From: Tubiluchus corallicola
Taxonomy: Eukaryota > Animalia > Priapulida
Reading direction: 5' to 3'
Assembly (NCBI GenBank): GCA_030141605.1
Contig: JAQGDQ010001068.1
Coordinates: 1-64,000, forward strand
Length of the DNA: 64,000 bases
In this document: piece by piece, positions 61,611 through 64,000 of the stretch
Position numbering within the stretch: the stretch's first letter is position 1
How the letters are laid out: every line of letters starts with the position of its first letter
Notes under the pieces: generated by a model
The model's database searches: none
Told to the model about the DNA's origin: nothing
The model's input: the letters and a program-made list of their open reading frames with translations, nothing else
Position numbers and translations under genes: made by a program

Positions 61611-62220
61611 GAGTGTCGTACCGTCAGTGTGGTAGTCTAATTTTAACAGTGACTTGCTAATTAACCTAGTTCCCTGAGTTACATTATAAAATTTATGAAA
61701 TAATGAAAATAGCAAGAGAAAATTTTAAATTCTTCATAACAACAACAACGTCCGTTTTTTTCTTTTTTCTTATTGATACAGCCTGCAAAGCATTTTGTTA
61801 AGCTAATTGGTAAAGAATGGAAAATGTCTTTAGCTGGCACTAGATGGCGACAGTGACACAACATGATATCGCAGAACGATTGAGTACTAACGTAGAACAA
61901 ATGTAGAACAACATTACATTCAGAACTAGAAGCAAACAAAGAGAGATACCAAACAAGAGCAGCAGCAGCAGCGACAGATAGAAAAAAACTTCGCTAATTC
62001 TTGCCAGTGTCACAGAATGGCACTAGATGGCGACACTGACATAACATTGTATGGAAGAACCACACAGAACAATTGCTGAACCATATTTAACAGAACAAAT
62101 AAACAAAGGGAACAGAAAGCAAACCACGACACCAATACCACCACCATCATCAACAACGACAACAATGACAAGAAGAAGAAGAACAACAACAATGACTAAC
62201 AGCTAATTACTAGTGTTACT

Positions 62221-62263
<43 letters not shown>

Positions 62264-62790
62264 GTTCATAGCAGTTAAAATAACTTATCTACCCAAAGTG
62301 CAAAGTTGCAAACGGCATACAGGGTGCTAAAAATAACATGTTGCGAGCACCCCAAATGAATGTGGATTGAGAAAAACGAAAGGAGAAGTGAAGTAGCAGA
62401 AAAGGGAAGTAGAAGAGGATAGAGAGAAAGATGTGGTGGTAACCTTCTAGCCAGAGTTATGGCTTCCAAAAGGAAAGACAGAATTAATCAATATAATTTA
62501 TGACACATAACTGCTAAAATACAACTTAAAGTTTCTTTTGAAACAATTTGTGCATGTAATTTTGAAACTATTTATTTATTTTATAGATTTTTTTATTTAT
62601 TCATTGCTATTGTTCCAAAGTCAGTTTGGTGATGAAGTGCCTTACCAATTTCAGTCAACTATATCCACTATTGTAGCGGCCTAGAAGTTAAACTTTTAAA
62701 GTTCTGCTAGCTTCTGTTAATTCAGTAATGTTTACTAGATGGTAGCACTAGTGTCATTAATGTTACTCGATGTTAGAAATAATTAGTTAA

Positions 62791-63020
62791 AAGACAAGAA
62801 TTGAGGCACCAAAGGTAGGATTTGGAAAATCGCTTTAAAAAATTGTATGACTTTATAGCAATTTTATGCGTATATCGTACTCGTGTTGAAAGGAATTTTA
62901 GTTTGTTTTCATTTTAAAATTCGCGCAAAACTATTAAGACGGCGTCATTACATGACGTCATATACGCACAACGTAAATCAGGGGAAGAAAGGGAAATGTT
63001 AAACTATGTCCCTGAAAAAC
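62791..63020. mobile_element. family C MITE fragment
   Basis: Reverse complement of ~40810-41033. Confidence 0.6.
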
Positions 63021-63319
63021 TTCCCAGGCAAATCTGTATTAGGCCTGCTTAACATATCGATTACCTGCTGGAAAGACATACGCAATTAGAAATAATAATT
63101 TAAAATATCCATGCCAATTGGCAAAACGTCGCTGACTCACCCTCCAGGGTGCGCCACTCACTAATTAAAACGTATTGTTAATCTTATTGACAAGATTAGG
63201 TAATTTAAAACTTGATTTAATTAGTAACATGAGTGCTACGAATGCTTTGATTATTTCAAGACGATTTTTTTAAGCTTTGTGTAAGTTGAGGATTTTCTTG
63301 TGCTTCGAGTGCACTAAGT

Positions 63320-63650
63320 ATAGAGCTGCGCCATCTATTGGCAAGAAGGAGTAAGTCATTTTAACACCCCAAACTTTACAGACTACCGCACAGAGTTTTC
63401 GATTTTACACATCACCGTAGAAATACCAAATAAATTTCCGAAGAGGTAAATAAATACGCTACGTGGTGCCATCTATTAGCAAGAAGAAGTAAAATGCAAT
63501 CAGTCATGTTTGAACTCTCTCAAAGCTTTTACAGAATAACATGCAGAGTTAACGACTTTTCACATCGCCATAAAAACGCTACGTAGATTTACGAAGGTTT
63601 GTTTAAATAAGCTATGTATAAGGTGGTGCCATCTATTAGCAAGAAAAACA
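63320..63650. repeat. diverged ~140-160-bp triplication with gccatctatt(g/a)gcaag motif
   Basis: Motif at ~63330, 63468 and 63628. Confidence 0.6.
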
Positions 63651-64000
63651 ATATGTTTGGGATTTCTTAAAAAAATCGGCTACATACCGCCGTAACAAGG
63701 CAAAATAAATTCCTAAAGACTTTTTATAAGGAGAAATAGTACCGTCTCAACTAGACAGGCTGTGCCAGGTGCTATACTATGCGGAAACCCGTGTAAATAC
63801 GATTAAAGTCCGGAAAATATGTTATTTACCTACCAATTACTATATAGGCCCACAAGACGCGTTGCTTGGCTCGTATATTACAAAGTACAAAGGTTGATGA
63901 ATCGTTATAACCGACATCTTGTTTTGAAAACAGTGACGTCAGTGTTACGAAGACTGAATTCGAAACTTGAGCTTTAAAAAAAGTCTAGTCTACTTCCTCG

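Overview
AT-rich, microsatellite- and transposon-dense genomic DNA from an invertebrate animal, probably a bilaterian; the taxon cannot be fixed from the sequence. It has spliceosomal introns and no prokaryotic features. Four host genes can be reconstructed by hand. (1) A + strand 5-exon gene, 5' end not found (10166-18619), encoding a 6-Cys globular domain fused to a Lys-rich and then a Tyr/Gly/Pro-rich repetitive tail. (2) A convergent - strand secreted protein of about 1150 aa (29306-23692) with an acidic, sequon-rich half and a basic half. (3) A 6-exon GT7 beta-1,4-GalNAc/Gal transferase, bre-4-like (40116-48664). (4) A BTB-BACK protein with a MATH-like C-terminus and an uninterrupted CDS (56792-58075), followed by two decayed tandem paralogues. 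Mobile DNA includes a 5'-truncated CR1/L2-group LINE, several LINE tails, Kolobok-, piggyBac- and pogo-type MITEs (some sharing a single TTAA), tRNA-derived SINE fragments, a Penelope-like pseudo-LTR with a degenerate minimal hammerhead, and three copies of a 5S rRNA-headed SINE with an RTE-like body and tail. A recurring pattern is local tandem amplification of short segments of SINEs, DNA transposons and pseudogenes. No clearly new multi-gene system is demonstrable. The best candidates are the 5S-SINE family and the neighbourhood of secreted structural proteins next to the GalNAc-transferase.
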